The notes under the pieces: model-generated | Database searches by the model: none | Told to the model about the DNA's origin: nothing | Seen by the model: only the letters and a program-made list of their open reading frames with translations | Shown here: one piece after another, positions 55,537 through 64,000 of the stretch | Layout of the letters: the number at the start of each line of letters is the position of its first letter | How positions within the stretch are numbered: the first letter of the stretch is position 1 | DNA from: an uncultured Candidatus Saccharibacteria bacterium | GTDB taxonomy: Bacteria; Patescibacteriota; Minisyncoccia; Minisyncoccales; Staskawiczbacteraceae | DNA length: 64,000 nt | NCBI GenBank assembly: GCA_964424305.1 | Contig: CAYRHW010000001.1 | Location: 7,947 to 71,946, forward strand | Reading direction: 5' to 3' | Translations under genes and position numbers: made by a program

Positions 55537-55662
55537 TTAGATCGCCTCTATTCTTTTAACAAAATCCTTTATCATCTTATTTATTGATGCCTTTGAAACT
55601 TTCTTCTTCCTACTGGTGCTGCGTGCTGATTTTTTTGTTTTTTTAACAATTTTTTTTGCCAT
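55537..55662 (-). CDS. possible 41-aa highly basic peptide
   Basis: Own translation: MAKKIVKKTKKSARSTSRKKKVSKASINKMIKDFVKRIEAI. It starts 5 nt after the stop of the 692-aa ORF. Confidence 0.3.
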   Translation of the reverse strand: MAKKIVKKTKKSARSTSRKKKVSKASINKMIKDFVKRIEAI

Positions 55663-55666
55663 ATTA

Positions 55667-57745
55667 TTATGCTGCTGCTGATTTCTGACCAACAGTAGCT
55701 AATTTCTCCCTCACAGCAGCGATATTTTTCTCCATCTCTTTCTGCCTTATTATTTTATTTCTTGCACCGATGATTTTAGCTCGCATATCGTGCTCCTTTT
55801 TAATTTCCCTATGCTGCTGCATAAATGAATCCCAAAAACGAACCGGAATCTTTCCCAACCTATCTCCCGCCCCCGCTTTCACAGATTTTTTAAAACTCGT
55901 GACCTCCTTTGGGGTTAACCCCAACCCAGATAGTATCGCTACGCAAGCTTCATCATCAACAATTTTTTCCATCTTACTGATCCTTTCCTTATATTCTCTC
56001 TCTACTTCTTCGCCCTTGGTTTTCACCTCAGCATCACTTAACACCTTGACTTCATTTTCAAACTTTTCTACTGCCATGGCTTCTTTAAAGGGCTCTCTCG
56101 TGGCGGCACTGGCCGCGACTTCCGGAGCCACCCCAGAATGAACAATATCCGCCGAAATATCTATCAACTTATTTACCTTCCTATTCATCCAAGCTTGTTT
56201 ACCTATTTCGTGTTCCTTCCCCATTTTTAACCCCGCATCTCTGCGAATATCCATCATTAAATTGTGCTTTTCTCCCTCCGCCCAAGCTTTAAAGGTATTT
56301 AAATCACCCTTAAAAAATGGCGGAGTATTTTTCTCTTCCGGATTATTGTGCGAATACGCCATTACTATTTTCTTACTAAAAATTCCTTTCTTAACTAAAT
56401 TCTGAGGTTCAATCCCCCGAGAAAGAAGATTATAGTAAACATCTACCGGAAGATCTATCCCACCCCCTTTCAATTCTTGTCTTCTGGCCTCTAGGTCCTT
56501 CCCATATTTTTTGCTTGCCTCTTTAATATTCCCCGACTCAAGAATTCGTCGTCTTTTCTCATCCTCTGACAGACTATTCCAACTAACCCTGACCCCGGCT
56601 CCGATTCTTCTTTTTGTCTCATCTTTTTCTGCTTTGGCTACATTCTCCTGGCTAAAAAATTCTTTTCGGCTAATAACTTTCTTCCCATTTCTCCTCGCCT
56701 CTTCAACGGCTTCTAACCTCATCCTTTTATCTAAACTTTCCCCAGTAAGCCCATAGGCAGCTTTCTGCATTTCCGTATAAGAAGCATCGATACTGGCCAT
56801 GCGTTCTGGCGACATTTTCCCAATTCCCAACCATTTTCCCACCATTTCTTGTGATGACCCTGCTAAATTTTCTTTCAGTTTCAAAATTTGCTCATCGTTT
56901 TCGGGAGCAACTGCTGGTCCACTTTCTGGCGCTCCACTGGGCTCCCCAGCCCGCCCCACCTCATCCTCAACAGCCAAGCCCTTTACTATTCTTCGTACAT
57001 TCCCAGGAGAAATATCGAATGGCGCTACCTCATCGGGAATATCGCTACTAGGGCGAAGCGATCCGCCACCAAAACGGTATCGCGCCTTGCTTGGTTTTTC
57101 CGCATCTTTTTCTGGTTGTTTTGGTGTTTCAACTTTTGCATCTACTGAAACTTGTTCAGCGGGGATTGGAGCTTCGCCTTCCTTTGGAGCGGACCCTTCT
57201 TTTGCCACCGTTGGTTTGAATCGGGGTGGTAGAGGTCGAGATCTAGGGGGCACACTTTTAGTTGCTTCTGGCGCACTCGGCTGTTCTGTCCCATTTACTT
57301 CCCCCCTTTTTTTAGCTCTAGCCAAAAGAGCATCATATTCTTCACCAGTCAAGGAACCACCTTCTCCCCCTTGCCCTTCCTCTCCTGCCGGTAAATCCGG
57401 TGCTGGGGATGGTTTATTTACAGACACTTCTGCTTGGGTGGGTGGCATTGGATTCTCTGGGGAAACTTCGGTAGGTAAATCAGGACGTTTTTCCTCTACG
57501 GGCTGATTTTCGCCAACAGCCGCCGCCTCAATAGCTGCTCTAGCGGCCTCAATAGCCTCTCTCATTCCTTTATTTCCTTCCCCCTGGGCTTCCACTACTT
57601 CGACTGGGTTTTCTTCTTTAGCTTCCGCTTCCCGGAACTCTTTAGAAGCAAAAAGCCCCTTTTTAGCTAAACGGTTTTCTTGTGGCGGCCCTGGTTGTTG
57701 AACGGGCTCTTGAGGTGGCATACTTTCTGGAGTCTTTTTTGACAT
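55667..57745 (-). CDS. large hypothetical protein: Pro/Glu/Ala/Gly-rich disordered N-terminal half, Lys/Glu-rich helical C-terminal half
   Basis: 692-aa uninterrupted ORF. The N-terminal-half coding region is GC-rich, which produces a 235-aa antisense shadow ORF. No domain recognised. Confidence 0.6.
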   Translation of the reverse strand: MSKKTPESMPPQEPVQQPGPPQENRLAKKGLFASKEFREAEAKEENPVEVVEAQGEGNKGMREAIEAARAAIEAAAVGENQPVEEKRPDLPTEVSPENPMPPTQAEVSVNKPSPAPDLPAGEEGQGGEGGSLTGEEYDALLARAKKRGEVNGTEQPSAPEATKSVPPRSRPLPPRFKPTVAKEGSAPKEGEAPIPAEQVSVDAKVETPKQPEKDAEKPSKARYRFGGGSLRPSSDIPDEVAPFDISPGNVRRIVKGLAVEDEVGRAGEPSGAPESGPAVAPENDEQILKLKENLAGSSQEMVGKWLGIGKMSPERMASIDASYTEMQKAAYGLTGESLDKRMRLEAVEEARRNGKKVISRKEFFSQENVAKAEKDETKRRIGAGVRVSWNSLSEDEKRRRILESGNIKEASKKYGKDLEARRQELKGGGIDLPVDVYYNLLSRGIEPQNLVKKGIFSKKIVMAYSHNNPEEKNTPPFFKGDLNTFKAWAEGEKHNLMMDIRRDAGLKMGKEHEIGKQAWMNRKVNKLIDISADIVHSGVAPEVAASAATREPFKEAMAVEKFENEVKVLSDAEVKTKGEEVEREYKERISKMEKIVDDEACVAILSGLGLTPKEVTSFKKSVKAGAGDRLGKIPVRFWDSFMQQHREIKKEHDMRAKIIGARNKIIRQKEMEKNIAAVREKLATVGQKSAAA

Positions 57746-57840
57746 ATTAAAAATGTATATTTCTATTATAATACAATCCCGATTAATGACAAACTCTTGA
57801 ATTGTTTATTATTATGTGTTAAATATCATTATATACACAT

Positions 57841-58110
57841 ATGGCAATTATAAAATCTGCGAAGAAGGCTCTTCGCCAAAGCATCCGAAGAAAGGAAAAA
57901 AATCTTGTCTACAAAGACAAAATGAAAGACCTCATCAAAGAGGCCCGCAGTTTGGTTTTAGGAAAAAAGGCGAAAGAAGCGGAGGCCCTCTTACCAAAGA
58001 TCTACCAAATTCTAGATAAGACAGCGAAGGTTGGGATTATAAAAAAGAATGAGGCTAGCCGAAAAAAATCCAGATTGACCAAGTTAATATATAAAAATCT
58101 AGCAAAATAA
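57841..58110 (+). CDS. rpsT: 30S ribosomal protein S20
   Basis: MAIIKSAKKALRQSIRRKEKN. Confidence 0.9.
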   Translation: MAIIKSAKKALRQSIRRKEKNLVYKDKMKDLIKEARSLVLGKKAKEAEALLPKIYQILDKTAKVGIIKKNEASRKKSRLTKLIYKNLAK

Positions 58111-58145
58111 AACTGGCCCTCGGCCAGTTTTTTGATACAAAAATC

Positions 58146-59087
58146 TTATAAAGACGCCACCAACAGATCCAAGGCAAGCTCTGGTTCTATCTTCCCAATC
58201 TTGATGTTAAGGTCTACCTCAAAAATTCTTTGGTAGATTTTTTTTAGGTCCCCGAAAGAAAACAGTTGCGCCTGATCACAGCTTTTCCTAACCACAAACG
58301 GATGTAGCCCACTTTTTTTAACAAGCAGATTATAGGGCACGGCTTTCTCAATCAGCTCTTTCACTATTAGAAGGTTGCGGAATTGATAACTTATCATTGA
58401 CAGAAGATATAGTGGAGAGTCCCCATTCTCTAGGTGTTTATAGATTAAGCCGAGGGCTTGCTTCTTATTCTTTTGACCGATGGCGTCCACTGTTCTAAAA
58501 ATATCTGTTTCTATTTTGGGCTTGATTAACAATTTGATATCCTCTATTTTTATCTCTTTTCCTTTTTTATAATTTGTTACCTTATTTATCTCATTCGACA
58601 CTGCCCACAAATCGTTCCCGGCACAACCTAAAAAATAGTCCAGGGTCATACCATCAATTCTCGCATTTACAGAATCAAACTCTTTTTTTACCCACTCCCT
58701 TTTTTGGCCCAACTTTAACTCACCAAACTCCTGAAATTTTGTATTCTTCTTCAAAAACTTTAGCAGAGCATCGCTCTCTTTCGGCTTGTTGTCTTCATAA
58801 ATTATTATTATATCTTCTCCATCCGATAAATCTTTCGCAATCTTTAAAAACTTTTCTTTATTATTAACATCGGAGAAAAGATTTTTTACCACAGTAAGAT
58901 TTTTATCTCTGAACATTGAAAACTGTTGGGTGGAGTTTTTTAAATCATCGACAGAAACCCCTGGCTCGCCATAATCAAAAAATCTTAAATTAAGGCCACT
59001 TTTGTTGGTCTTTTTATACTCTTGGATAATTTCATCTAACTTCTGACGGGATCTATACGAATCCTCGCCATAAAGAAAAATAATCAT
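58146..59087 (-). CDS. holA: DNA polymerase III delta subunit
   Basis: Length and pattern (IIFLYGEDSYRSRQKLDEI..., FRNLLIVKEL) are typical of HolA. Confidence 0.75.
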   Translation of the reverse strand: MIIFLYGEDSYRSRQKLDEIIQEYKKTNKSGLNLRFFDYGEPGVSVDDLKNSTQQFSMFRDKNLTVVKNLFSDVNNKEKFLKIAKDLSDGEDIIIIYEDNKPKESDALLKFLKKNTKFQEFGELKLGQKREWVKKEFDSVNARIDGMTLDYFLGCAGNDLWAVSNEINKVTNYKKGKEIKIEDIKLLIKPKIETDIFRTVDAIGQKNKKQALGLIYKHLENGDSPLYLLSMISYQFRNLLIVKELIEKAVPYNLLVKKSGLHPFVVRKSCDQAQLFSFGDLKKIYQRIFEVDLNIKIGKIEPELALDLLVASL

Positions 59088-59093
59088 AATTTT

Positions 59094-59969
59094 CTATAGT
59101 TTCTGGCAGTGGGGACAAAAATGAGCACTGCGCCCACCCATTTTTATCCTTTTAATTTTTGTGCCACAACGGCTACATTTTTCTCCTTCTCTTTGATATA
59201 CCATTCTTTCAGTGTCAAAAAAACCTTTTTCGCCTTGTGGGTCTCTAAAATCAGAAAAACTCTCTCCCCTTAGCGCAATTGCTTTTTCCAGAACCCTTCT
59301 GATATTTTGATATATCAACCTTAACTCTGTTTTATTTAATTTAGAAATGTCCTTCTGCGGACTCACTTTCGCTCGCCACAATATCTCATCGGAATAAATA
59401 TTACCAATGCCAGCAATAATCTCCGGCTTCATCAAAACTTGTTTCACTTTTCCTTTTTTATTCTCTAATATTTTTTCAAATACTTCAAAGGTGAATCCTT
59501 TCTCTAGCGGTTCTGGCCCAATTCCTTGAAATTCTTTTGAATTAAATAACTTCCCTTTCTCCCATAATTCTACTTTAGCGAATTTCCTTAAATCGGAAAG
59601 CGCCAACATTTTGTTATTATCCAAAAAGAACACAATGCGGATATACCCGTTAACTTTCTCCTGCATTGGCCCCGCATCTTTTGGCCACCAAACATTGCCC
59701 TTCCTCTCCCAACTTCCATATAGAAGATGCCCTGTCATTTTATTGTGCACCAATAAGACATGGCCACCAGACAGTTCGATCAAAATGTTTTTAGCTCTTC
59801 TCCAAATTTTTTTAATGGTTTTCCCTTTAATTTGTTTTTGGAAAGCTCCGAAGGATTTTGGTTTTTTAACTATTTTCGGTGTATCGGTCCAAACATTAAG
59901 AAAGGTCCTATTAAGGACCTTCTTTTCTAAATCTTCTACCATTGTTTGGACTTCTGGTAATTCTGGCAT
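59094..59969 (-). CDS. mutM: formamidopyrimidine-DNA glycosylase (Fpg/Nei family)
   Basis: MPELPEV N-terminus, H2TH region, and C-terminal zinc finger CSRCGTKIKRIKMGGRSAHFCPHCQ. Confidence 0.9.
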   Translation of the reverse strand: MPELPEVQTMVEDLEKKVLNRTFLNVWTDTPKIVKKPKSFGAFQKQIKGKTIKKIWRRAKNILIELSGGHVLLVHNKMTGHLLYGSWERKGNVWWPKDAGPMQEKVNGYIRIVFFLDNNKMLALSDLRKFAKVELWEKGKLFNSKEFQGIGPEPLEKGFTFEVFEKILENKKGKVKQVLMKPEIIAGIGNIYSDEILWRAKVSPQKDISKLNKTELRLIYQNIRRVLEKAIALRGESFSDFRDPQGEKGFFDTERMVYQREGEKCSRCGTKIKRIKMGGRSAHFCPHCQKL

Positions 59970-59976
59970 ATATTAA

Positions 59977-60555
59977 TTATTCTTCTTCTCCTCTACTCTT
60001 TTTCCCTTTTGCGCCGCCCAACGCTTTTATTGATTTTTTTAACTCAACGACTTCTGTCTCGCGAGTTCTCACTAAATCTTGCAATTGTTGCGATTCCTGA
60101 ATCATTTTTTGCAACTCTTGTGCTCTTCCCCTCACCTTTAGCTCCAAATTTCCCACAGTCTCTTCCAACTCTTTGGTTTTTGCTCTAATTTTTACGTCTG
60201 CCACACTCTCGGCTTGAGCCACCTCCGCACGACTCTTTTGAAGTTTTTCGGCCACTTTATTTAAAGCCTCTGCCAACTCTCCAAATTCATCTTTTGTCTC
60301 TAAAAATACCTTGGAATCTAATTCTCCCTTATTCAACTTATTTGCTTTATCGATTAACTGCCTCATCGGAGAAGCAAATTTTTGTCCTATCGCAAAACCA
60401 AAAAGGAAAACAAACACGGCCACTAAAAGAAATATACCGTACACCTCCAATGTTAGGCTTTCATAATCTACGGCGGCAAAAACTGCTATTATGAATAAGC
60501 CGACCACAACGATTGGGAAGGCTATACTAAATAAGATTGTTCCTCTTGTTAACAT
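59977..60555 (-). CDS. membrane protein with HAMP domain and coiled coil, no output domain
   Basis: Two TM helices, then a HAMP-like PMRQLIDKANKLNKGELDSKVFLETKDEFGELAEALNKVAEKL. Confidence 0.6.
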   Translation of the reverse strand: MLTRGTILFSIAFPIVVVGLFIIAVFAAVDYESLTLEVYGIFLLVAVFVFLFGFAIGQKFASPMRQLIDKANKLNKGELDSKVFLETKDEFGELAEALNKVAEKLQKSRAEVAQAESVADVKIRAKTKELEETVGNLELKVRGRAQELQKMIQESQQLQDLVRTRETEVVELKKSIKALGGAKGKKSRGEEE

Positions 60556-60561
60556 ATTATT

Positions 60562-61482
60562 TTAAAGTAATGATTTTTGAATAGGCCTAGGCTCTTCTTT
60601 TTGTAAAAATGGCAGTCGCGCGATGAGAGTATGAAATTCGAACTTTGATAGAGTCTCCGTTATTTTTTTGCTATCAAATTGTCCAAATAAACAATCCTTA
60701 ATATTAAAATATATATCTACGTCGCTTTTCATCTCCACTAACTCCTTTGCTAAAAATGCTTCTTCTTTGTATTTTAGTAAAACTTCTTTTACTTTTAGTC
60801 TGACGCTAGCATCTTCTTCAATTTTTCCGTAAATGTTCTCTAGGCTACCAAATTTCTGCAATAAATAGGCTGCTGTTTTTTTCCCTATACCCGCCACCCC
60901 TGGAATATTATCCGAAGAATCTCCCACCAAAGCCTTGAAATCTACCATTTGGTCCGGTGTGATCAGGAACCTTTCAAATACTTTCTCTTTGTCGTATATA
61001 ACGGTGTCTTTAATCCCTTTCCCTAAAGTATAAACACGAACACTATCATTAACTAATTGGATGTTGTCGAGGTCGCCACTCAGGATGTAAACATCTATGC
61101 TCTGCGAACCTTCTAGGGCTTTCCGGGTGATTGTCGCGATTAGATCATCTGCCTCAAACCCCTCTTTGGCAAAAACTGGTACGTTAAACTCTTTTAGGAT
61201 TTCTTGTGTTTTGGGTAGTTGCGCAATAATCTCATCGGGCGTTTTGGGACGCTGTGCCTTATAATCCTTAAACTTGATGTGCCTGAAAGTGGGCGCCTTG
61301 GTATCGAAGCAGGCAACGATATATTTGGGGTTCAGGTCTTTAATCGCTTTAAAAAAAGCAAGTAGAAATCCGTAAATAGCTCCTGTCTGCTCCCCAGATT
61401 TTGTCGTTAGGGGCGGTAGTGCATGGAAGGCCCTGTGTAAAAGAGCGTTGGAATCTACAATAAGCAATCTATCTTTCTCCAT
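60562..61482 (-). CDS. 5'-3' exonuclease / flap endonuclease (Pol I N-terminal domain-like)
   Basis: LLIVDSNALLHRAFHALPPL, EADDLIAT, GDSSDNIPGVAGIGKKTA. Confidence 0.9.
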   Translation of the reverse strand: MEKDRLLIVDSNALLHRAFHALPPLTTKSGEQTGAIYGFLLAFFKAIKDLNPKYIVACFDTKAPTFRHIKFKDYKAQRPKTPDEIIAQLPKTQEILKEFNVPVFAKEGFEADDLIATITRKALEGSQSIDVYILSGDLDNIQLVNDSVRVYTLGKGIKDTVIYDKEKVFERFLITPDQMVDFKALVGDSSDNIPGVAGIGKKTAAYLLQKFGSLENIYGKIEEDASVRLKVKEVLLKYKEEAFLAKELVEMKSDVDIYFNIKDCLFGQFDSKKITETLSKFEFHTLIARLPFLQKEEPRPIQKSLL

Positions 61483-61972
61483 TGTTTTTTATTATATCAT
61501 TTAAACTAGTCCCCGACAAAATTATCTCTCTTTTATTTTTATCTAAAAATTTAAACCCGATAGAAATATTCTGGGTTGGAACTGCTTTCCTTATCTTCTC
61601 TACCCACTCAATGGCGACGATACTATGTTTATCCATGCTGATATCTTTAAAATTAAGGTCCTTTAAATCATCAGCGCCGTTCAACCTATAGCAATCGATG
61701 TGATAGAAATTTCTGTAGTTTGAATTTTTCTTTTTGATCTCAAATCTTTTTAATATCACAAAAGTCGGACTTAATATCTTCTCCTTGATTCCCAAACCTA
61801 AAGCAAACCCCTGCAGAAAAGTTGTTTTCCCACTTCCTAGGTCTCCATCTAAACCAATAATAACAGGGCCGATTCTCCTTTTTTTAATAATCATTTTCCC
61901 CAGCTCTCTCCCTATCTTTTGCGTAGCTAGCGCCGTGTTAGTTATATACACTATTTCTCCCTCTTTTTTCAT
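61469..61972 (-). CDS. tsaE: tRNA t6A biosynthesis ATPase TsaE
   Basis: Walker A GDLGSGKTTF and HIDCYRL motif. Confidence 0.85.
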   Translation of the reverse strand: MKKEGEIVYITNTALATQKIGRELGKMIIKKRRIGPVIIGLDGDLGSGKTTFLQGFALGLGIKEKILSPTFVILKRFEIKKKNSNYRNFYHIDCYRLNGADDLKDLNFKDISMDKHSIVAIEWVEKIRKAVPTQNISIGFKFLDKNKREIILSGTSLNDIIKNNGER

Positions 61973-62034
61973 TTAATTTTAAATTGACTTATTAAAAAAA
62001 TTGATGTACTTTGGACTAAACTAACGACCTTCCT

Positions 62035-62763
62035 ATGAATTCGCCAAAAGAAGCTAAAATCCTGATCGACAACTCCCAGAATATATACATTTTACCCTCA
62101 ACTCCAACCCTAGAGAGCCTCGTAAATGCTCTGGCTCTTTTCTATACTCTAAAAGAATCTGGCAAGAATGTAAACCTGGCCATAGAAGAATTACCAGAAA
62201 GATTAAAATTCTTGACCCCGGCTCTCGAACATATCTCTTACCCAAAGGATTTTGTGGTTTCCTTCCCAAATGATAAAGCGAATATCTCTCAGATAAGATA
62301 CGAGAAAGATCAAATTAGTACAAAGGTGTTATTGACGATTGATAGGGGCAGCCTCAAAAAGGACGATATTTCCTTTTGCTTCGCAGAACCAAAGCCTGAT
62401 CTTTTAATAACTTTGGGATTTAAAAATATAGAAGCCGTGAAATGGCCCCCAATATTTAACAAGGACATTTTGTCCAAATCTGCAATTTTAAATATAGACA
62501 ACCAACAAGATAACACAAATTTCGGTAAGATAAATATTGTGGAGCAGAATAAGTCGCTATCTGAAGCAGTTTTTGATATTATAAAGCTGGGTAACATTAA
62601 CAAGAATACGGCCACCTGTCTCTTGGCTGGACTAATTTTAGCCTCAGATAACTTCAAAAACAAAACTACCTCTTCTCCAATGCTAGAAGCCTCTGCCGTA
62701 TTAATAAAAATGGGAGCTCAGCATCAAGAAATAGTTAAAAATCTTTGGAATAATACTATTTAA
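62035..62763 (+). CDS. hypothetical protein, degenerate DHH/NrnA-like?
   Basis: The overall layout is reminiscent of DHH phosphoesterases, but the DHH/GGGH motifs are not visible. Confidence 0.35.
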   Translation: MNSPKEAKILIDNSQNIYILPSTPTLESLVNALALFYTLKESGKNVNLAIEELPERLKFLTPALEHISYPKDFVVSFPNDKANISQIRYEKDQISTKVLLTIDRGSLKKDDISFCFAEPKPDLLITLGFKNIEAVKWPPIFNKDILSKSAILNIDNQQDNTNFGKINIVEQNKSLSEAVFDIIKLGNINKNTATCLLAGLILASDNFKNKTTSSPMLEASAVLIKMGAQHQEIVKNLWNNTI

Positions 62764-62793
62764 AATATAACTAAATAAATAATTTATTAAAAA

Positions 62794-64000
62794 ATGGAAA
62801 CCTCTAGTAATCAAAGACTATTAGGATCAATCACCATATCGCCGGAGATATTAGATATGGTCCAAAAAGAAGTTAAAAACATTGTTGATTTTAAAAAGAA
62901 AGTTGAAGAAAACTTAGAACAAAAAACTTCCGCTGTCATCGATCTTATCTTCTCTGGGTCTATAACCCTAGGAGTCTCTGACATCCACTTCGAACCCCAA
63001 GAAGATCAGGGGCGATTAAGGATAAGACTGGATGGTGTTTTGCAGGATGTTATCTTTTTTGACTTAAAAATATATCAAGGACTAATTTCTCGTATAAAAC
63101 TTCTATCAAAACTGAAACTCAATGTTACAGACAAACCACAAGATGGGAGATTCTCCATATTGCTAGATGAACTACAAATAGAAATCAGAACATCTTCTTT
63201 GCCATCAGAATATGGAGAGTCTATCGTAATGAGAATATTAAACCCAAAGAATCTAAAAAATCTAGAAGACTTGGGTTTAAGAAAAGATCTATTCGCTCTT
63301 TTCCAAAAAGAAATACAAAAACCGAACGGAATGGTTATTGTAACCGGTCCTACTGGATCTGGTAAAACAACCACCCTATACGCATTTTTGAAAAACATTC
63401 AAAACCCAGAGATAAAAATTATAACCATTGAAGACCCAATCGAATATCATTTAACGGGAGTTTCCCAAACACAGGTTGATGCAGAAAAAGGATACACCTT
63501 CAGTGATGGGCTAAGATCCATAGTAAGGCAAGACCCTGACGTAATTCTAGTCGGAGAAATTAGAGATTTGGAAACAGCTAAAATAGCCCTACAGGCTGCA
63601 CTGACTGGCCACTTAGTATTAAGCACCCTCCACACCAATGATGCTGCTGGAACTATCCCGAGGCTGGTAGACCTAGGGGCAGAACCTTCTTCTGTCGCCC
63701 CTGCCTTAAATTTAATAATTGCCCAAAGATTAGTAAGAAAAGTCTGTTCTAAGTGCTCAACGCTGGTTAAGCCATCGGCAGAAGAGTTCGAAGAGATCAC
63801 AAAAGGATTGGCTAATCTACCCAAGGAGGTAGAGATTCCAAAATTAGATAAAACGTTAAAAATCCCCAAGGTAAACCCGAAGGGTTGTGATTTTTGTAAC
63901 TTCACTGGCTATAGGGGCCGAAGAGGCCTATACGAGGCCATGGTAAAAGACAATGAACTCGAAAGGTTTATCTTAACCAACCCCCCAATATCGGCAGTAA
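62794..64000 (+). CDS. pilB: type II/IV secretion ATPase (PilB/GspE family), runs off right edge
   Basis: Own translation from ATG 62794: ...VIVTGPTGSGKTTTLYAFL (Walker A), DPDVILVGEIRD (Walker B), LTGHLVLSTLHTNDA (His box), CxxC...CxxC. No stop in the window, so it is absent from the ORF track. Confidence 0.9.
   Translation, partial: METSSNQRLLGSITISPEILDMVQKEVKNIVDFKKKVEENLEQKTSAVIDLIFSGSITLGVSDIHFEPQEDQGRLRIRLDGVLQDVIFFDLKIYQGLISRIKLLSKLKLNVTDKPQDGRFSILLDELQIEIRTSSLPSEYGESIVMRILNPKNLKNLEDLGLRKDLFALFQKEIQKPNGMVIVTGPTGSGKTTTLYAFLKNIQNPEIKIITIEDPIEYHLTGVSQTQVDAEKGYTFSDGLRSIVRQDPDVILVGEIRDLETAKIALQAALTGHLVLSTLHTNDAAGTIPRLVDLGAEPSSVAPALNLIIAQRLVRKVCSKCSTLVKPSAEEFEEITKGLANLPKEVEIPKLDKTLKIPKVNPKGCDFCNFTGYRGRRGLYEAMVKDNELERFILTNPPISAV

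Noticed and set aside
1-64000. Prophage or integrative element carrying the DGR.
   Set aside because: There are no integrase, capsid, terminase or tail genes and no att-like direct repeats around either cassette. Both are wedged between housekeeping genes.

Overview
This is an AT-rich, gene-dense window, mostly minus-strand housekeeping genes. Typical 60-nt lines hand-count at about 33% GC.

Core content:
- Six aminoacyl-tRNA synthetases: hisS, leuS, metG, glyQS, ileS, argS.
- DNA and replication genes: topA, dprA, recO, ruvA, holA, fpg, PolX, a 5'-3' exonuclease.
- Translation and RNA genes: rel/spoT, smpB plus tmRNA, infC-rpmI-rplT, rpsT, tsaC, tsaE, two tRNAs.
- A type IV pilin and a PilB/GspE ATPase.
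- Archaeal-flavoured genes: Elp3, EndoQ, archaeal-type UMP kinase.

Core genes mostly lack Shine-Dalgarno (SD) sequences. The overall picture resembles a small-genome Patescibacteria/CPR-type bacterium; this is inference only.

The stand-out is a diversity-generating retroelement (DGR) with an unusual split, two-template layout:
- There is one reverse transcriptase (31857-32873, minus) and a divergently oriented Avd (32917-33246, plus).
- There are two different template repeats. Each lies about 360 nt downstream of its own GC-rich variable-protein gene: TR2/VR2 next to the RT, and TR1/VR1 about 22 kb away at 10057-10681.
- Every TR/VR mismatch (18 and 22, hand-counted) falls on an adenine of the coding strand.
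- The two cassettes share a 343-bp, 100%-identical VR-to-TR spacer containing a strong terminator hairpin and an 18-nt direct repeat.
- The remote cassette still carries a remnant of the avd 3' end.

Secondary observations:
- A scattered set of GC-rich ORFs with strong SD sequences sits in the AT-rich, SD-poor background.
- One of these is a csrA-like island with two CxxC-less thioredoxin-like paralogs, a 24-aa hydrophobic peptide and a GGA-dense leader.
- A structured terminator-ending leader lies upstream of glyQS.
- A promoter-to-terminator candidate sRNA lies near the pilin gene.

All calls come from reading the sequence and recalling protein motifs. No database search was possible.
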